41,793 nucleotides of DNA, taken from positions 52,174,732 to 52,216,524 of the forward strand of contig NC_057728.1 of NCBI RefSeq assembly GCF_004010195.1. The letters are read 5' to 3'. The notes under the pieces are model-generated. The model did no database searches. It was not told the DNA's origin and saw only the letters and a program-made list of their open reading frames with translations. The first letter of the stretch is position 1; the number at the start of each line of letters is the position of its first letter. The stretch is from Chiloscyllium plagiosum (lineage: Eukaryota). The position numbers and the translations under genes were made by a program. Below, one piece after another: positions 22,200-35,030 of this stretch.

Positions 22200-23400
22200 T
22201 GGCCAAACAGGTTCAGTCTTAATTTTTAGCGGCAACTGCTGAGAGCGGGAAAGAGATTCCTGGTGGGGCTACGGGGTGGACAGGAACGGGAGCATGTGCC
22301 ATCACTTGTGCCACAGCTGAAGAGGCAAATGAAATGGAACTCAGCCGTCCGGGTCAGCTGAACGCCAACGACATTGGGTTCAAATCTGGATCCGGAACCT
22401 GGTTCTTTGCCCGACCCTAGTTTCATGGGGCACGGACATATCTTGAGGAGATCTCAATATCTTGAGATGAATCCCACTCTAGAGACTCGAACCCAATACC
22501 TCAAAAGGGAAAATTTGGATATTTTTCCCTCTGAAATGGGGACATTTTTGTTTGCTTTTTTAAAAAAAAATGCATTCTGAACATTCTTCCTGTGTTGTTT
22601 TATTACGACAGATTCAATTATTTAAGTACGAGGCACGGATGTACACGCGCGCGAATTTAAACCGCCCGGTTATTTAACGGTCGTGTGGCTACCAGAACCT
22701 TCCCGTCACTTGTTCCTCGTGGTCACCGTCGGAAAGAAACCGTCCGTCCTCTCACTCCTCACACCCAGTGACAGTAAGAAAATCGCCCCGGGACACAGCC
22801 CCGATGGAACCTATTCCCACTCCCAACCCATTTTACTTTTGTGTTTCTTTTTTAAAAAAGAAAAGGCGTAGTTCGGCGTTTCTGAGGCGGACATTCAACC
22901 AACCATCGCGAACATTTCCTTGGCCGGCGGTACCACTTCCCCACGAAATTTGTTGTGCTGGTCGACGCAATCCTGGATGAAGGTCGGATCGGTGATGGAG
23001 ACGAGAGTGCCGAAGGCAGGCTCGTACGGGAGGAGGTGCAACCAAAAAGCCGCAAGAATCCAGGGCACCTTGCCGAATGCCATGACGGAATGGCGGTTGA
23101 GAGTGCTCCGGGTTGAAGGGCGGGGCATCGAGCGAGCGTCCCCAACTCCAGTACTTGGACACACCCCGCCCCCCAGCTTCCCCCTCCCACGTCAACAAAG
23201 GTAGGACTTCCCGACTCCAAATATGACCACCCAATCTTACCTACCTACCTGTGCGTATCTACCTCTGGCATTAGCTGAAGTCGTGGACGCATACACGATT
23301 GGGTGTACCACTCCACTGAGCCACCCACGAGTTAATACAACCCGCTGCCCTACAGGGAGGTTTCGCAAGTCAGTGTCAGATCTCGCTTGGGATCATTGTG
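22200..23400 (-). promoter_or_regulatory. CpG-island-like promoter/first-exon region of gene A
   Basis: Sharp rise in GC and CpG content against the CpG-depleted surroundings. GC boxes GGGCGGGG (~23118-23125) and CCCCGCCCCC (~23164-23173) lie just upstream of the ATG. Confidence 0.7.
22904..23083 (-). CDS. GLIPR1: GLIPR1-like CAP/SCP-domain protein, gene A, coding exon 1 (signal peptide plus start of CAP domain)
   Basis: ATG in good Kozak context (CCGTC-ATG-G). 60 codons, MAFGKVPWILAAFWLHLLPYEPAFGTLVSITDPTFIQDCVDQHNKFRGEVVPPAKEMFAM, resembling GLIPR1 'FIKDCVRIHNKFRSEVKPTASDMLYM'. Phase-0 GT donor (GTTGGT) at 22903. Exact orthology (GLIPR1 vs GLIPR1L) not determined. Confidence 0.93.
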
Positions 23401-23614
23401 TGCCAACACCTGAGAGGATGATAGCTGTTTCTTCACCTTCTTGAAAACTATGGCTTGTTGATGTGACCATTTCCGAGGCCGACTCTTATTTTAAGAGTTG
23501 ACGTAATGGTGCCAGGATGGAGGCCAGGTTATGTATGAATTTTCTATAATAATTAGCATGGGAGCCAGTGCATCTTTCATCGGTCTTGCTTTATCTTCCA
23601 ACGTTTGTAACACA

Positions 23615-23680
23615 ATCTCTGCTTCTCAGATGCTGCCTGACCTGCTGTTCTTTTCCAGCACTGCTCTAATCTAGACTCTT
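23615..23680 (+). mobile_element. Short Penelope-like terminal fragment inside the Gypsy RT
   Basis: CAGATGCTGCCTGACCTGCTGTTCTTTTCCAGCAC. Confidence 0.6.
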
Positions 23681-24782
23681 GTCGACACTGTAGCCCAAGT
23701 AGGTCACTTATGGTGCCTGGAACACACATTTACCCTTTCTAAGGCATACTTCCGCCTGGGAGAAACATCTAAGGACAATGACCAAATTCTCTAGTGCTGT
23801 TTATTGGTTTTCCCTGTTATTAGCACATCATCCAGGTAAATAGTGGCCTGGGGTAGACCTTGTAAAATGTTCTCCATCATCCACTGAAAAATTGCTAAGG
23901 CTGACAATACCCCATATGGATATTAATTGTAGCATACTTCTCATCCAACCGTAAATGCAAGTACGCATGGCTCATTTCAGCTTTGTGAAGGACAGCCCCC
24001 TGCTAGCTTTGCATATTTACCCACTAGGTGAGGGATTGGAATTTTATCCAACTGTAAAAAGCAGTTTACTGTTTGTTTAATATCCCCACAAAGGCGAAGC
24101 GAGTATTGGATTTCATAATTAGTATGACTGGTGCTGCACATTCCACAATTTGGATTGGTTTGATTTCTTCGGTTTCCAGCCTTCTGATTTCTGCTTCTAC
24201 TTTTGGCCATAAGGCAAATAGTACTGGGCAGGCCTTACAGAATCAAGGAATTGCTCTCTGGTCAACTTGCAAAGTGCCCTTGGCTCCTTTAATAGTCTAA
24301 AGACCTTCCTGAAAAACATCCGAGTAATTAATTCTGATTTCACTCAGGCAGCCATTTCTCATCGAAAAATGAGCCAATCTCGGTGAACCAATTTCACCCC
24401 CCTCAAACTTGGGCTTCAGCCTTTCACTCCAATCAGTGGTAACTGAACCAGCTGCTTCTCATAAGAGACTGGATCCAAAGTTGTACCCTTAATCCGTAGG
24501 GCTTCCCCAGTGCACATTCTCTGTCCACCTGAGGTCTTGTGCAAAGTTAAGGGTTGGACTCCAGAGTGAATTTTGTTGAAGACTGATTCTGCAATCATCG
24601 AAACGGCTGCACTGATATTGACTTCCATTAGAATGGGGTGACTGTTTAACCAGATATTTATTTTGATTGGTTCTGATTTGGTTGTTGCTAAGCAATTTGA
24701 CTGTTGTAAACCAGATAGATGTGGACTTTCCAGGGTGTGCACTTCCTGGATACTGGCCTGTGAGTTCTCTTACTTGATTTGG

Positions 24783-25855
24783 AGTCATAGAGTTATGGAG
24801 ATGTACAGCATGGAAACAGACCCTTTGGTCCAACCTGTCCATGCCCACCAGATATCCAAACCCAATCAGCCTCTGACGCTCCAGGGAAAACAGACCCAGC
24901 TTGTTCAGCCTCTCCCTATAGCTCAAATCCTCCAACCCTGGCAACATCCTTGTAGATCTTTTCTGAATACTTTCACGTTTCACAACATCTTTCTGATAGG
25001 AAGGAGACCAGAATGCACACAATATTCCAACAGTGGCCTAACCAATGTCCTGTACAGCCACAACATAATCTCCCACTCCTGTACTCAATACTCTGACCAA
25101 TAAAGGAAATCATACCAAACGCCTTCTCCATTATCCTATCTACCTGCAACTCCACTTTCAAGGAACTATGAACCTGCACTCCAAGGTCTCTTTGTTCAGC
25201 AACACTCTCTGGGACCTTACCATTAAGTGTACAAGTCCTGNNNNNNNNNNNNNNNNNNNNNNNNNNNNNNNNNNNNNNNNNNNNNNNNNNNNNNNNNNNN
25301 NNNNNNNNNNTTTGAGCCAGTTCTGTATCCAAATGGCTAGTTCTCCCTGTATTCTGAGATCTAACCTTGCTAATCAGCCTCCCATGGGGAACCTTGTCAA
25401 ACGCCTTACTGAAGTCCATATAGTTTGCATCTACCACTCTGCCCTCATCAATCCTCTTTGTTACTTCCTCAAAAAACTCAATCAAGTTTGTGAGACATGA
25501 TTTCCCATGCACAAAGCCATGTTGACTATCCCTAATCAGTCCTTGCCTTTCCAAATACATGTACATTCTGTCCCTCAGGATTCCTTCCAACAACTTGCCC
25601 ACCACCGATGTCAGGCTCACTGGTCTATAGTTCTCTGGCTTGTCTTTACCACACTTCTTAAACAATGCCACCACGTTTGCCAACCTCCAGTCTTCCGGCA
25701 CCTCACCTGTGACTATCGATGATACAAATGTCTCAGCAAGAGGCCCAGCAATCACTTCCTGAGCTTCCTATAGTGTCCTAGGATATACCTGACCAGGTCC
25801 TGGGGATTTATCCACCTTTACCTGACATCCAGCACTTCCTCCTCTGTAATATGGA
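24783..25855 (-). mobile_element. CR1 LINE fragment nested in Gypsy (assembly gap at 25241-25310)
   Basis: ORF 24973-25755 with NYRPVSLTS, QHGF and YMDFSKAFDKVPH; 3' tail at 24783. Confidence 0.93.
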
Positions 25856-27199
25856 TTTAAGTCTCGTGGATCACTTTTGCTGTCTAAAGTCTACAGGCAG
25901 CAACAATAGCTTGCTGGCCTGGATGCTGAAGAAACTTTCAACATTTTGGCCGATGCTTGACTTTGCTTTGAGATTTTGCTGTGGGCTGACCTAGAGTCCC
26001 TCTGTTCAGGATATGTCCTGAGTGAGGCTATGCAATTGTCTTCCCTCAAGTGGTGTCCCCCAAGCTCAGTTGGAATGGTGAAGGTCTCCACTTCTATTGG
26101 AAAACCTTTAGCTCATATTGCTCCATGCTGCATTTTCCAACGATAAAGCCAGTTATAATGTCTGCTTGAAGACCAGTTGGGTTTCATTGCGTGATTGCTT
26201 TTGCATGGTTACATCATTAATCTCATCCATCAAATGGTCTCTCAGCATATCATTAAATGTTAAACCAAAGTCACATGTCTCTGCCAGTTATCTTAACCTA
26301 GTCAAAAATCTTGATACAGAGTCCCTTCATTCTCGAATTGCTGAGTAAAACCAATGACACCTCAGAATTAGAGGAGTCTTGGAGTTGAAATATTCTCTAA
26401 CTAAATTAATCAACTCTGGGTTTAGTATTTGCCTCAGGGAAACTCGGGGTCCTAATAACTGAAAAAACTAGTCTACAAGCTGTCAGGAGAAATACTCTGC
26501 TTTGTATCTCTTCCAATGTCATTTGCCTGGAAAAAAATGAATTATTTCCTCTTATTCAGCTGAGCCTTTGATGGCAGGATTGAATGAGTCAAGCTTCCCA
26601 AATAACAGCATGATCTATTTACCTCACTGTTTAAGCGAATTTCTTCAGAAGCGTGTTTTTCTCTTGTCGCCACTGAAACAACTCCACAGAGGCTGCTATC
26701 CTGTCACCAAGTCAAAATTTACATGTGAAGAGACCTTGTCACTGATCTAGCTTCCTCAGAGCCTGCTCTCACAGTGAACAGGATAACTGACACTCCTGTT
26801 TATATCTGTCAGCCAGAGTTCCCTAATCGGATCTGTTAATCTAGTCCAATCAGGGAACTCATATTCTATGGAGTCCACCAGGCTGACATTGTTAGTATGA
26901 CTACAAATACGAGAGAAAGTATTCCTAGATAGTAATGGGTTTTGTTTTTAATTGGATGAGTTTTACTTACAAACAAAGTAAACAGTTATCATTAGGCTTT
27001 AGTTAGTAGGATCTGGAATGGTATGTCTTGGCTTCTGGGATTCATCTGTAGTTTGAACAAAGCTTTTTGTTTCAGTTTTACAGAAATCTTGTTTGAAGCT
27101 GCATATGTAAAACAGTTTCTTGTGAAGAAGGGAGATACTTAAGAAGTGTTCAGAAATAGGTTGCCTTGGTGTAAGGAATTAAGTTTGAAAGTTCCAGAT

Positions 27200-28025
27200 C
27201 AGCGTGGCAGATGTGGAGTTTAATTTCAATAAATGTGAGATGTTGCATTTTGGTAAGGAAACCAGAACAGGACTTATACACTTAATGGTAGGGTACCAGG
27301 GAGTGTTGCGGAAGAAAGACCTAGGGGTGCAGGTGTATAGTTCCTTGAAAGTATTGTTGCAGGTGATAGTGGTGAAATTGCTTGGCACGCTTGCCTTCAT
27401 TGGTCAGGACATTCATGAGAGGAGTTGGAAAGCTACGTTGTGGCTGTACAGGACATTGGTGAGGCCACTTTTACAATACTGCGTACGATTCTGGTCACCC
27501 TCTTACAGGAAGGATGTTGTGAAACTTGAAAGGGTGGAGAAAAGATTTACAATTACATTGCCAGGACTGGAGGGTTTGAACTTCAGGGAGAACCTGAATA
27601 GGCTGGGACTTTTATCACTGGAATGTTGGAGACTGAGGGGTGACCTTATGGAGGTTTATAAGGTCATGAGGGGCATGGATAGGGTGAATGGCCAAAGTCT
27701 TTGTCCTAGGGTGGGGCTGGGGAGTGGGGTGGGGGGGAGTCCAAAACTAGAGTGCATAAGTTTAAGGTGAGAGGGGAAAAATTTAAAAAGGACCTGAGGG
27801 GTATTTTTTTTAATGCAGAGAGTGGTACATGTATGGAACAAGTTGCCAGAGGAAGTGGTGGAGGTGGATGCAATTACAACATTGAAAACTCACATGGATA
27901 GCTATATGAAAAGGAAGGGTTTAAAGGGATGTGGGCTAAATGCTGGCAAATGGGACTAGGTCAGATTGGGATATCTGTTCGGCATGGATGAGTTGGACTA
28001 AGGGTCTGTTTCAGTGCTGTAAGAC
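27200..28025 (+). mobile_element. CR1 3' fragment
   Basis: ORF 27204-27770 FNxNKCEMLHFGK...KDLGV...WSPSYRKD; 3' UTR ends GGTCTGTTTCAGTGCTGT. Confidence 0.92.
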
Positions 28026-28341
28026 TACTATTAAATATGAATATGAGGTCCAAGAATCACAAGATGCAAAATCACAACATGTGTTTGCTATGCCTAGAAA
28101 AGGAAATGATTGACACAGTTTATTTTATACCAATGTTGCATGTAACCATTGTGATGCAAAAATGTATAAATATATTGTTTTGAGCTGTAAACAGTGGAGT
28201 GTCTCCAAGTTTGATTTGGAGGACCACTCCTACATGCATGTGGTACAAGCTTGAATAAATTCATCTTGTTACACTCCACTCTGGTCTGAAGGCTCAATAT
28301 TTCAAAATATACCCTTCATCAATATGGTATCAGATGAAGAT

Positions 28342-28695
28342 GGGGCAGCACGGTGGCTGAGTGGTTGGCACTGCTACCTCACAGCACCAGGGACCCGATT
28401 TAGATTCCAGCCTCGGGTGACTTTCTATGTGGAGTCTGCACATTCTCCCCGTCTCTGCATTGGTTTCCTCTGGGTGCTCTGGTTTCCTCCCACAATCCAA
28501 AGATGTGCATGTTAAATGAAATGGCCACACTAAATTGCCCATAGTGTTCAGGGATGTGTAGGTTAAGTGTATTACTCAGGGGTAAATATAGAATAATAAA
28601 GTAGGGGAATGGGTCTGGGAGAGTTACTCTTCGGAGGGTCAATGTAGACTTGTTGGGTCGAAGGGCCTGTTTCTACACTGTGGGGATTCCATTGT
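28342..28695 (+). mobile_element. HE1-type SINE with probable 7-bp TSD
   Basis: Colinear with the other copies; AAGATGG at 28337-28343 and 28696-28702. Confidence 0.9.
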
Positions 28696-29249
28696 AAGAT
28701 GGCAAGTAGTCAGTGTGACATCAGTGAGGAGTTTAAAAACTGAGATTAATAGATTTTTTTGGGTGATTATATTGACAGATGTGAGTTAAGATGCAAAGCA
28801 CCCATTATTAACTCCAGGATTCTCAACCAGAGATCCACAGATCCTAAGCTTTAAAGAATCAGAATCCAACCAGAAGATCCCAGTGTCTACTGATGACCTA
28901 TAAATTACCAAGGTAAGATGACTGATTACAGATGTAGTTTGATAGCAGGAGCACTTGTCCCAAAGCCTGCTCCACCATGCTCAGAGCTCTTTCGATCAAA
29001 GTTCACCCAAATTTATGTTTGTAGGTTTCAGGAATCATCACTAATATACCTGTTACCTTCGGAATGTGCAGCTGACTTGTGCATGGATTTTCATTTGACT
29101 GCACAATTTAGTGAGAATGTTGATCACAATCCATCTTTCTAGTATCCAGCCAATTAGTTCTACCATTAGGGCAGCCCATTCAGCCTGGTTAGCATAAGTG
29201 GTATACCCAGGATAGTTGATCACAGGCTAGTGGATTTAATGCATCAGAA

Positions 29250-29284
29250 AATAGTCTTCTGCTTTATAAAAGCAGAAGACTATT
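29250..29284. repeat. Perfect 16-bp inverted repeat with 3-nt loop
   Basis: AATAGTCTTCTGCTTT-ata-AAAGCAGAAGACTATT. Confidence 0.9.
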
Positions 29285-31210
29285 ATGTGTGCAGCAAAGG
29301 TATGTATAAAGGTATGTTTCTGCCCCACCCTACTAAAGCAAGCCCTTAAACTGTTGACCTCAAGGAAATCTGATGCTGTTGCCTGAGGTTATTACTCAAA
29401 AACTATTGGCATATCCAATTTGGAGGTCACTGATTCACTGTTTCCCTGAATCAATGGGAACCAGCGCAGTGATATAGCGCTAGAAAGGACCAGTACTGGA
29501 GAAAGTGTCTTGGAATTTTGAAGCAAATTCTATCTGATCACAACTGCATAAATTGAGAGACTTTGGGAAAGTAAATGTAATCCTTCCATAGGTTGTAGAG
29601 GGCAGCTATTTTTCAGAAAGGTCATATCACATTATTAGGCTTTTATTTTACCATTACCAACAACTCCCCCCCCCCCCCCCAACTTCTTTGATAAAAATAT
29701 GGATTTTTAAAAGTTTATTCATTGCCTCATTTTTTCCTATACTCATCTATCTGCATTAGGGTTTTTGATTTTTAGTTAATGATCCCCGACTGTTCACTTT
29801 TTTTGCAGTTTTTGGTTAATGATTTCCTGATTCTTAGTTAATTATTTCTTCACACAAGGTTTCTGAACATAATTTCTCCCTTTTGGTTAGTAATTTCCTC
29901 CTCCTTTAAGTTTTTCCCATTTTTGAGATACTTTCACATAATTACAGAATTGCTGGGCACCAGCAACAATTTTAACTGAAGTAAAAAGTATTTCTGATTA
30001 AATGTTTTAGAGGAGAACCATGGAACTTTTATAACACGAGTCAGAAACAGAAATGAGAAAAGAGCTTTGATCTTATTGAATGCCAACATTAGTTCAAGGA
30101 ACGGGATGCTCATTCCTCTTCCTATCAACGTCAATAACTGCCATTGATAATGGACACATGTTTAGTGAATTTGATGCTAAATACCAACATGGACTGATTG
30201 TGCCAAAACATCTGTTTCTGCATACTGCCCCTTCCTGTGCTAAAAATAAAGTGGTTGCAATAGAGGGAATTCACTTGATACATCCAGGCATATCTGGAAA
30301 ATGAATAACAGTTGCACTGAGTGGCTAGTGCAGTGCATGAGATCTTGTCGTATCTTCATGTGGTGGCCTCACATCTGATATACCCTCCTAGAAAAGAATG
30401 CCCTGTTCAAAGGGGATTAAACTGGGCCATATCAAGGAACCATGTGAGAATAAAAATAAAGATTTTACTGGGGTAAGGATATCAAAAGTGCAGGTATGGC
30501 AGTGGTTAAGCAATTTTATATCTGTATGACTGTTATTGGAAATGGCAGGCAAGAAATTAGAGCGTTTGGAGTTTCATATTGCAACAGGAAATGACTTACA
30601 GGAAAATTTTAAACCTGGACAAGAGAGGTGCAGATTGGAAGAGTTAGGAGGTAATAGATTCTAATTAGTGAATAAGGATAAGAGTGAAATACTTTAAGGA
30701 GCAAAAGAACTGGTGAACAATAGTTAAAACAGGTTCTTGAGCTTTATTAGCTTTTAAAATATGTTACTGCATAAACCCTGCTACCGAAACACCAAATGTG
30801 TAGCTTTTTCACAAGAAAGACTTTTTAGAGTCAGATTTTCAACTAGACAGTTCACACTATACAACGTGGTTGTTTATTATAATTAATTATGTATTAAATA
30901 GATCCATGTTCATTCACTGAATGTTAAATAGATTACAAGAATAACTTTTTAGCCAATGTAGTTCATTAAACAGCTAGGAACATTTTCAATTGCTTGAAGT
31001 TAAAAATGGAGGACAATATACAAAATGCTATGTGAAACTCAGTCTAAGTGGATGAAGAACTTTGCAAACAAGATTAATTGCTTACTAAAATGTGATGCAT
31101 TGAAATCCAAAACCATCACCAGGTTGAAGAACACAGAACATAGATAGAAACCGTTATAGAATATCATTCCTATTGTCCATTGTAAAAATGTGATTTTTCC
31201 ATGAACATTA

Positions 31211-31530
31211 CAGATTCACAATCCTTTATCTGAAATCCTTGGGGCCAGTTGTTTTTTTGAATTCTGAATTTTTTGGATTTCGGAATAAATTATATTTTCA
31301 CAGTGAAATAAAAAAAATTATCCAACAGCAGCACACATGTGAATAGTACGAGAACTGAAACACAATTGATGCCTGCCAGTGCTGGGCCATGACGCCATGT
31401 CACATCTGAGTGACGTAGTTCGAGTGGGTGTGGAGTTAGGTCACCTGTTGGCATGCCAAAATGACACTCCACAAAAAAAAATTTGGAGCTTTTTGGATTT
31501 TGGAATTTCAAATAAAGGATTGTGTGCCTG
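31211..31530. mobile_element. Tc1/mariner (Tigger/pogo-like) MITE, 320 bp
   Basis: Left TIR CAGATTCACAATCCTTTATCTGAAAT versus reverse complement of right end CAGGCACACAATCCTTTATTTGAAAT. TA on both flanks. Confidence 0.85.
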
Positions 31531-33066
31531 TACAAGGCAAAGAATGTGCACACTTAAATTATTATATAAACACATTCAGGGAATCATCCAAAAGTCCTTT
31601 GTTTTGTCATCACGAAATGCACTTGGAATAACATTGAGTTAATCCTTTTGAGTAGTCTTCTCAAAAGCAGAGTTCCAAATCTGTTAGTGATTTGAGGGGT
31701 CTTCAATGCCTTGATCACATTTGCAGAATGAAAGATGGTTACTCACACAAGGATCTCTAATACAGTGAGGTAGCTGGAGCCAAATGACCAGTAAGATACC
31801 CAAAGCTCCATTTCAAGATGGTTGCATGCCTTATGCATTGATTATTGCACCTAGGTAATATTATCGGAGCACAGAAGAAACTAGCTATATCTCTTGCAGG
31901 CTGTCATATACCACCATGATGATCATTGGCTGCAGTTGCTTGGCAACATTGAAAACTGTGATGCACAATAATATTAGTTACCTTAATGTGCAATACTTGG
32001 GGCAGAATCTGCCTGTCAACAAATAGCAAACGAGTGTCATATGAAGATCCCTCACTTGAAATAACTTTTTTGCTGTGTTTCCATCATTTTTTATAGATGG
32101 ATGGGGCAATGAATATTTTTATTTACAGGATTTCTTTAAATGTAGTTGGTTGCTCACCCTAACACAAGATGAATGGATTCCCTTGCACTGGACCAACCTA
32201 AAGCAATCCAGGGTTTGTTGGACTGTATCCACCTACCCTTCCTATACTATATCTCTGTACTTGCTAATATGCATAGTGGAAACAGGAAGTATGTTTTCAA
32301 ATGCATTTATCCATTTCTTTTAGAAATAGTAATCTGTAAAAACAAAATAAATGAAGCCTGCAAATTGTTTGCAATGGGCTAGGAATGCAAGTATATAATT
32401 GCATTCAGGGAGCTATACCTCTAATACACTTAAAAGTCAAATGTTTACTGAACTGCTTAACTGTGGAAAACTATTTAAAAATTGGTCACAAATGTAAATA
32501 CTGGCCAGTTGATATTCTATTTCAATATATAGTAAAATTCATGCAGTGTGCCAGCATAGTGCTAAGTTGATTTTAAACCAACACAGACAATTTTTTTAAC
32601 CTTAAACAGATAAATTACACAAGAATATTTCTTGCAGCTGAACTACTCCAGAACTGTATCCAGAATGATCTTAAGAGACATCTATTATACTTCGATTTTG
32701 GCAATGGGGCTAGTTTAGGAAAACAGAAATATGGCTGAGAGAGAAAAATGTGAGACGACAGGTACAGCAGTCATTTCCATTTTAGTAGTAGCAATAACCA
32801 ATTGATTTAGTTCTTCTCCTTAGCATAGAGTTGAATGAAAACAAGAAACATTCTATACTTACATGTGCATTGCCTGCTGCATATTGATGACTTGTAATAC
32901 AACATTGTTTCCATTCATTTGACTTTTATACAAAAAGCCTATGTGCTATTTTAACAGAGCATTTGATATCAGCACAAATGTAATCAATATGCTGATTTTT
33001 TAAAATTACCTTTATAACCACCTTTTTACTCTGTTAAAAGCCACTACCTGTACTAAAAGACAGCAT

Positions 33067-33072
33067 TTTATT
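33067..33072 (-). terminator. Candidate poly(A) signal of gene B
   Basis: AATAAA on the minus strand about 460 nt downstream of the stop codon, in AT-rich sequence. Other sites are possible. Confidence 0.35.
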
Positions 33073-33527
33073 TCCAACTGGCATATTATTCAAAATAATA
33101 GGCCTCGTTGCAACAGAAATAATACAAATGAGACTATTGCTTATGTTAGAAAGTTAAAATTTCAACAATCAAGATTTAAAATAAAACAAAAAACTACTCT
33201 CCGGCAATTTCTGTCTTTGTTTTAGAATTAAGATAACTTTTTTGTGGAAGCTGATAAACACATGGATGTCACAAATTTGAATCCTGTAGATTTGGAACCG
33301 CATTTAAATATATTTGGCTTACTAAGTAAATATTAAGACTTTACAATAGTGGATTTCAATAACAATGGAAGATGATACAAGGTATCTGACCAGTCAGTAA
33401 AGGCATGACAATCATGAAGCAGCACTGATGGGAGAGAATTCAGTTTCTTGGTACCTCCCACCTGCCTGACTGAAACAGAAGAAAACAAAAAAGTGCCAGA
33501 AATACATAGGATATATCTGCGGAGTTA

Positions 33528-33628
33528 TCAGCATAGAATATGTGTTAAAGTAATAGACATAAATGTCAGAAGGCAGTTTGACAATAAAATGGAGGCTGAC
33601 CCAAAGTCTGGATTCCATTCAGGGTATT
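33528..33628 (-). CDS. GLIPR1: GLIPR1-like gene B, terminal coding exon 6 (hydrophobic, GPI-signal-like C-terminus)
   Basis: TTTCTGACAG acceptor; (Q)YPEWNPDFGSASILLSNCLLTFMSITLTHILC then TGA. 'YPxW' followed by a hydrophobic tail, as in GLIPR1-family C-termini. Confidence 0.85.
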
Positions 33629-33722
33629 CTGTCAGAAAGCAAAGGAAAAATATGTAACTGATATGCAATAATGTTGCTAATATTACATAAGTAGAATATT
33701 AGTATTAATATTGAAAACATAC

Positions 33723-33749
33723 GGGAAATTGCTTCACGATCCGGTTCAC
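33723..33749 (-). CDS. GLIPR1: GLIPR1-like gene B, 27-nt coding exon 5
   Basis: Pyrimidine tract plus TCAG acceptor, (S)EPDREAIS, GTATGT donor. Phase 1/1, preserving frame between exons 4 and 6. Confidence 0.8.
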
Positions 33750-33830
33750 CTGATAAGAGAAAAAAGTATAAGTCAAAAATGAGCTGATAAATTGATAACA
33801 AAAGTTAAAACAATTTATTAATTGACTTAC

Positions 33831-33916
33831 TGCATAAGTTTTCCCTACAAAAATCCGAACCACAAGCTGTACAAGGTGCTCCTTTAGCGTACGGTGGCTG
33901 TCCTTCACGATTTCCA
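33831..33916 (-). CDS. GLIPR1: GLIPR1-like gene B, coding exon 4 (Cys-rich hinge)
   Basis: TTGCAG acceptor. 86 nt, (S)GNREGQPPYAKGAPCTACGSDFCRENLC, GTAAGT donor. Matches the GLIPR1 'GN..PYKxGxxCSAC...C.xNLC' hinge; phase is compatible with exon 3. Confidence 0.93.
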
Positions 33917-34204
33917 CTGCAAAAATAATTGTGTTTGTGGTTCTGAATTTTACTTTAAACAAGTAATATTAAAACAAGCTACACAAGACAGTATATTGGA
34001 GGTATCTTGCTTGTCACTCCCAAAAGAAGTTAACATGAACTTGAAACATCATAAATGCTTAAAAGAAGCTAAACTTCACTTGCCTAGTCATTGTATAGTG
34101 CATGAAAAATGTTTGTGATATACAAACATGAAAATTATGAGCAGAAGGTCAGTAGCACAAAAAAGCCTGCCCCAGACACTACCGAAGAAACTTCGCAACT
34201 TGAA

Positions 34205-35030
34205 GGCAGTTTAATTCAGATATATATGAGGTCCTGCATTTTGGGAAAGCAGATCTTAGCAGGACTTATACGCTTAATGGTAAGGTCCTAGGGAGTGTTG
34301 CTGAACAAACAGACCTTGGAGTGCAGGTTCATAGCTCCTTGAAAGTGGAGTCGCAGGTAGATAGGATAGTGAAGAAGGCGTTTGGTATGCTTTCCTTTAT
34401 TGGTCAGAGTATTGAGTATAAGAGTTGGGAGTTCATGTTGCAGCTGTACAGGACATTAGTCAGGCCACTGTTGGAATATTGCGTGCAGTTTAGGTCTCCT
34501 TCCTATCGGAAAGATGTTGTGAAACTTGAAAGGGTTCAGAAAAGATTTACAAGGATGTTGCCAGGTATGGAGGATCTGAGCTACAGGGAGAGGCTGAACA
34601 GGCTGGGGCTCTTTTCCCTGGAGTGTCGGAGGCTGATGGTTGACCTTCTACAGGTTTACAAAATTATGAGGGGCATGGATAGGATAAATAGACAAAGTCT
34701 TTTCACTGGGGTCGGGGAGTCCAGAACTAGAGGGCATAGGTTTAGGGTGAGAGGGGAAAGATATAAAAGAGACCTAAGGGGCAACGTTTTCACGCAGAGG
34801 GTGGTACGTATATGGAATGAGCTGCCAGAGGATGTGGTGGAGGCTGGTACAATTGCAACATTTAAGAGGCATTTGGATGTGTATATGAAGAGGAAGGGTT
34901 TGGAGGGATATGGGCCAGGTGCTGGCAGGTGGGACTAGTTGGGTTGGGATATCTGGTCGGCATGGATGGGTTGGATCGAAGGGTCTGTTTCCATGCTGTA
35001 CATCTCTATGACTCTATGACTGTATGATAT
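34205..35030 (+). mobile_element. Young 5'-truncated CR1 in intron 3 of gene B
   Basis: Uninterrupted 205-aa ORF2 C-terminus (34321-34938) and tandem CTCTATGA-type tail. Confidence 0.95.

Larger units (their letters stand above)
23330..26905 (-). mobile_element. Decayed Gypsy LTR retrotransposon (5' LTR, PBS, gag, protease, RT), split by a CR1
   Basis: LTR 26674-26905 (TGTAG...TTTCA on minus), PBS-like TGGCGACAAG at 26672-26663, protease remnant PILMEVNISAAVSMI (24416-24742 ORF) and RT YLDDVL at ~23820-23845. Confidence 0.8.

Noticed and set aside
23084..23164. N-terminal extension of gene A suggested by the ORF track
   Set aside because: It starts at a non-ATG codon. The ATG at 23083 has good Kozak context and directly begins a signal peptide.
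19946..25310. Apparent internal deletions in two CR1 copies at the N runs (19946-19992 and 25241-25310)
   Set aside because: These are assembly gaps in high-copy sequence, so no biological inference is possible.
29666..29680. C15 homopolymer
   Set aside because: Simple microsatellite with no associated structure.
34321..34938. 205-aa intact ORF as a host gene (also 27204-27770, 19277-19771, 24973-25755)
   Set aside because: All are CR1 ORF2 fragments repeated several times in the window.
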